NCBI GenBank assembly: GCA_001803465.1
Contig: MHDE01000002.1
Location: 1-47,304, forward strand
Length of the DNA stretch: 47,304 bases
Direction of reading: 5' to 3'
Origin: Microgenomates group bacterium RIFCSPHIGHO2_01_FULL_45_11
GTDB taxonomy: Bacteria > Patescibacteriota > Microgenomatia > UBA1400 > 2-01-FULL-45-11
Shown here piece by piece: positions 44,376-47,304 of the stretch. The translations under genes were made by a program, and so were the position numbers. The notes under the pieces are model-generated. The model ran no database searches, had not been told where the DNA came from, and saw only the letters and a program-made list of their open reading frames with translations. Position 1 is the first letter of the stretch. Every line of letters starts with the position of its first letter.

Positions 44376-44971
44376 AGAAAATATTTTGATTTATAAATCA
44401 AAAAGCCTTGCTGTCTCAGCTGCAGAATAGATGTTCTGGACGTGATTATGAGCGACTCTGTTATAAAAATGCAGCTTTCCGATAAAATGTCGGAGAATAA
44501 ATCTGACTAAATGCTGGAAACTCTGAGTATCTTTTAGTACTATGGTTTTATGCCAAGTAAAAATCTAAAAGTGCAGACAATCAGCAGGAAAGGTTTGATT
44601 ATCTTAATAAACGCTTTGTTATCATTGTTGTTAATAATAATGTTATTAGGAAAAGTGGAGTGTGGAGGAGATTGTGTAATGGTATCCAAAGAATTGAAAT
44701 GTTATCCGATTAGATGTTACAGATTCCAGGTAATTTTAAGAAACATTTTTCAAAAAACCAGCTTCCCACTTACTCGATAATCATTCATCCTCAGAGACTA
44801 TACGTCAGATCCCACCTAGTTTTATGCGAAGTGGGGAAGATATAGTCCGATCTCATAGGTGACTATGAGTCTCGATAAAATCACATCGGGAGTAAAAACA
44901 GCTGTGAGTTCAATTTTCAATTTTTAAAATGTAATTTTGCATTTTGATTTTTGAACTTTGAATTTTAAATG
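44376..44971 (+). mobile_element. Group I intron (596 nt) in 23S domain V
   Basis: The exon gagacagU (44368-44375) pairs with the internal guide Gctgtctc (44410-44417), giving a U.G wobble at the splice site. The intron ends in G (44971). The conserved core strings ctgactaaatg (44503-44513) and aagatatagtcc (44837-44848) match the Tetrahymena-type P7/J8-7. Removing the intron restores gagacagt|tcggcc. Confidence 0.85.
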
Positions 44972-45103
44972 TCGGCCTCTATCCGCTGTCAGCGTGGGAA
45001 TCTTGAGGGGAGTCGATCTCAGTACGAGAGGACCAGATTGAGCCAATCCCTAGTGCTCCTGTTGTTCCTATCAAGGGCATAGCAGGGTAGCTACATTGGT
45101 GTC

Positions 45104-45136
<33 letters not shown>

Positions 45137-45179
45137 GCTCCCAAGATAAGGATTCCGTTCGTGCGGAGCACGAGAAGCT

Positions 45180-45290
45180 CAAAGTTTAAAACGCAAAATT
45201 CAAAACTGCAACGCAAATCTTACCTGAATGCTTAATAGATTTTAGTTTTGAACTGTACTTTTGCGTTTTGAGATTTACCATTTGAGTTCC
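45180..45290 (+). repeat. ORF-less ~110-nt hairpin insertion near the 23S 3' end
   Basis: The arms aaaacgcaaaattcaaaactgcaacgcaaatct and agattttagttttgaactgtacttttgcgtttt are imperfect reverse complements. They use the same caaaat/ttttg word family as the 3' part of the group I intron. Confidence 0.6.
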
Positions 45291-45540
45291 TCGCGCTCTG
45301 CGCGATGAAGACCCCTTGGAGACTACAAGGTTGATAGGCGGGCGGTGTAAGCCCTGTAAAGGGTTCAGCCTACCCGTACTAATCGGTCGAAGAATAACTT
45401 TGCATCCTGTTACTAGCTTGCCCTTCCGTAGTCCTGAGCTTGTCGAAGGACGAAGGAGGGTCACTCGTAACTTAAAAATGGCTCTTCCGAGAAGATCTTA
45501 CAGAAAAAATAAATAGTTATCAGATAGTAGCTCAATTAAC

Positions 45541-45684
45541 ATAGAGCCCAGAATTCCCGTTGTTGGAGCGGGGTGGCACTACCTCTTCCCATCCCGAACA
45601 GAGTCGTAAAACGCCCCAGCGGTGACGATAGTATTGGCACAAGCCAATGCGAAAATAGCTCACAGCGGGAATCCTGGGCTCTAT
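45541..45684 (+). rRNA. rrf: 5S rRNA (with extended helix I)
   Basis: The terminal stem atagagcccagaattcccg / cgggaatcctgggctctat encloses cttcccatcccgaacagagtcgtaaaacgcc, the 5S loop C/helix III signature. Confidence 0.8.
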
Positions 45685-45771
45685 TCCGAGCTTCGCGAGA
45701 AACATCGGCTGAGCCGAAGGCGAAGCGTAGATATTGCAAGAGATCAAATAAATAAAATCAAGCGAAACATA

Positions 45772-45804
45772 AACCCACGGTAAAACCGCGGGTTTTTATT
45801 TTGC
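45772..45804 (+). terminator. Rho-independent terminator after 5S
   Basis: aaacccacgg-taaaa-ccgcgggttt stem (one mismatch) followed by tttattttg. Confidence 0.65.
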
Positions 45805-45884
45805 AAAAACTTTGCCAATATGTATGACTGGGAAACTCGAAGGTCATGATATAGTTTTCCACTACCGATCTCGGATCGGTAATC

Positions 45885-46637
45885 TCAAAACGATTCTGGA
45901 TCGGAATATTTCCGCAACTCGTTAATCTTTCTCAAACTCTCCTCGCAAAACTTGGTGGGGATAAGTCGCTCCGGCCGCCATCCCGACAATACCTCTACCG
46001 ACTCCGCCATCACGCAATCTTCATCCTCCACGTGTTCCAAACCCAACAGATGTCCGAACTCGTGTTTAATCGTTGATTCTTCAAGTATCTTTCTCACAGT
46101 CACGTTTTCTGAAAGTTCGTTAATTTGCTCCTTAAAAATAAAAATCTCGCGGCTAGTTAACACCACTCCGGAATTAGTCGGCACCGACCTCGAGCGGGGG
46201 ACATAGACAACATGAAGATAGGTTGAATCCTTCGCTCGGTAGTCGCGCATCAATCGCGATAACCTAATTAACTCCTGGTCGGTAAACGCTTCCCGGGTCG
46301 GTAGCTTCTTATCTTCTTCCAAAATTACCTCCACCTTCTTTCCGACCGTTTCCTGGATTAGGTCTTTCAACCATTGCTCAATCTCTGGCGCCGGTGGTGT
46401 CAACCGGTAGTAATCAACCTCCACCGTCACCGTATCACTAGTAGTTTCAACGTACTCATACCGGCTATCTCCCGGCCGATTCAAGAAAAAGACGGTTCGA
46501 GCCAATGGCCATTGAATTAGTGTCGGCCGCAGTAACTCATTGACAATATTCTCATTCGCCGCCACCCCCAACCAGTAAAGAAGCAGGGTATAGAGCAAAC
46601 CAATTAAAGCAAAAATAATCGTTAGTGCCTTGGACAT
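45885..46637 (-). CDS. Membrane-anchored metzincin, archaemetzincin (M54)-like
   Basis: N-terminal TM (LTIIFALIGLLYTLLLYWLGV). HEFGHLLGLEHVEDEDCVM is HExxHxxGxxH plus a downstream Cys, as in archaemetzincins. Confidence 0.75.
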   Translation of the reverse strand: MSKALTIIFALIGLLYTLLLYWLGVAANENIVNELLRPTLIQWPLARTVFFLNRPGDSRYEYVETTSDTVTVEVDYYRLTPPAPEIEQWLKDLIQETVGKKVEVILEEDKKLPTREAFTDQELIRLSRLMRDYRAKDSTYLHVVYVPRSRSVPTNSGVVLTSREIFIFKEQINELSENVTVRKILEESTIKHEFGHLLGLEHVEDEDCVMAESVEVLSGWRPERLIPTKFCEESLRKINELRKYSDPESF

Positions 46638-46681
46638 TAACTCAATTCTACCGTAAAGTCCCTAAGTGATATAATTCCCCC

Positions 46682-47044
46682 ATGACCGTCACCGAATACA
46701 ACCCAGTGCAAAGGATAAAAGAGATTGTCGGTCAAAACGGAGGCAACCCGAATCAGATAGATGACTGGTTAAGAAAAATTACCATTGAAGGCCTCATTCC
46801 TATTCATGTCGAATTTTCTCCAGATGGTAACCCCATTATTGACCCTCTAAGTTCAGGTCTTAATTATGATCAATTGACGAAACTTAACCAGGAAATTAAA
46901 ACTCAGTTGGGTTTGAACCCTAATATTGCCAATGTCTTCATCATTGCCGTCAAGCCAGTCGGCGAGAACTTTGAAGGCGTAGCGCTAGGAATAGTAATCC
47001 CTCTTAAAGGGTCAGAAGAACCCGAAGACCATTGGTCGTTTTAA
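46682..47044 (+). CDS. Hypothetical protein
   Basis: 120-aa ORF with no recognisable domain. Confidence 0.5.
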   Translation: MTVTEYNPVQRIKEIVGQNGGNPNQIDDWLRKITIEGLIPIHVEFSPDGNPIIDPLSSGLNYDQLTKLNQEIKTQLGLNPNIANVFIIAVKPVGENFEGVALGIVIPLKGSEEPEDHWSF

Positions 47045-47064
47045 CTTACTGAATTTGTTACAAT

Positions 47065-47304
47065 ATGGTTATGTGGCCACGCGTCAAGCCACTCATTTCC
47101 CGCTTTGTCCTTTGGTCCATCAAAAACCACTGGTTGCTCCTCATCCTCGTCATCATCCTCCAATTCACCACTGGCAAAATCCTCTCCGGCGCTCTCGCAG
47201 TCAATCTCCCTCGCCCCACCGTCTTTGCCATCCATTCAACCCTAGGCCTTCTCATCTTCATCATCGCTATTCTCATGACCCTCGCCAAACTCTTCCTCTG
47301 GCTC
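47065..47304 (+). CDS. Partial (5') membrane protein running off the window end
   Basis: The frame is open from ATG 47065 to the window end and is not in the ORF track because it has no stop. It reads MVMWPRVKPLISRFVLWSIKNHWLLLILVIILQF...STLGLLIFIIAILMTLAKLFLWL, which is hydrophobic and TM-like. The listed minus-strand ORFs are acidic mirror artefacts. Confidence 0.45.
   Translation, partial: MVMWPRVKPLISRFVLWSIKNHWLLLILVIILQFTTGKILSGALAVNLPRPTVFAIHSTLGLLIFIIAILMTLAKLFLWL

Noticed and set aside
44550-44780. 76-aa ORF inside the group I intron, considered as a possible homing endonuclease
   Set aside because: It has no LAGLIDADG, GIY-YIG, HNH or His-Cys box motifs and its composition is hydrophobic and Cys-rich low complexity. 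It more likely lies in a decayed peripheral loop.
47041-47288. Minus-strand ORFs 47041-47235 and 47058-47288
   Set aside because: They are acidic or Arg/Met-rich low-complexity mirrors. The plus-strand frame from 47065 encodes a plausible multi-TM protein continuing past the window end.

Overview
This 47.3-kb window reads like a Candidate Phyla Radiation (Patescibacteria, Microgenomates-like) chromosome segment that uses the standard genetic code. All coordinates of RNA and insertion boundaries come from hand alignment and are approximate to a few nt.

Left ~30 kb:
- Envelope and glycan genes: four GT-C type membrane glycosyltransferases, a GT2, a radical SAM/SPASM enzyme, a methyltransferase, a NodU/CmcH carbamoyltransferase and an RmlD-like reductase.
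- A cytoplasmic GAF histidine kinase.
- An odd trio of a LeuA/HMGL-like enzyme, a domain-permuted LeuD-LeuC fusion and a YrdC-like protein.
- A cassette of a 7TM protein, two ATP-grasp ligases and a retropepsin-like protease domain.
- mnmA, and many small orphan ORFs.

Right ~17 kb is a very unusual rRNA locus:
- The order is 16S (about 2.0 kb), then ~7.4 kb of protein genes on both strands, two tRNA 5' stubs, tRNA-Ile(GAU) and tRNA-Ala(UGC), then 23S (about 4.74 kb), then 5S.
- The rRNA genes carry at least 11 insertions.
- Three insertions are paralogous ~300-nt cassettes, each closed by a related 11-13 bp stem and almost entirely filled by a small GIY-YIG nuclease ORF. They sit in rRNA hairpin tips and have no room for a ribozyme. 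One copy has ATA where its paralogs have ATG.
- One insertion is a bona fide group I intron next to the peptidyl-transferase-centre nucleotide A2602.
- The rest are ORF-less hairpin insertions that fall into sequence-related families.
- A ~70-nt structured leader module with a CGGCUGAAUAAGC(C/A)G loop is duplicated immediately upstream of both 16S and 23S. Further copies lie in the 16S leader and inside 16S helix 44.

Noncoding DNA throughout the window is packed with arrays of short perfect palindromes, REP-like hairpins and word-repeat simple-sequence blocks. Some of these blocks have entered coding sequence in frame.

My best candidate for an undescribed system is the stem-bounded GIY-YIG cassette family resident in rRNA. 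The 7TM/ATP-grasp cassette and the LeuA-like/permuted aconitase/YrdC-like trio come next.
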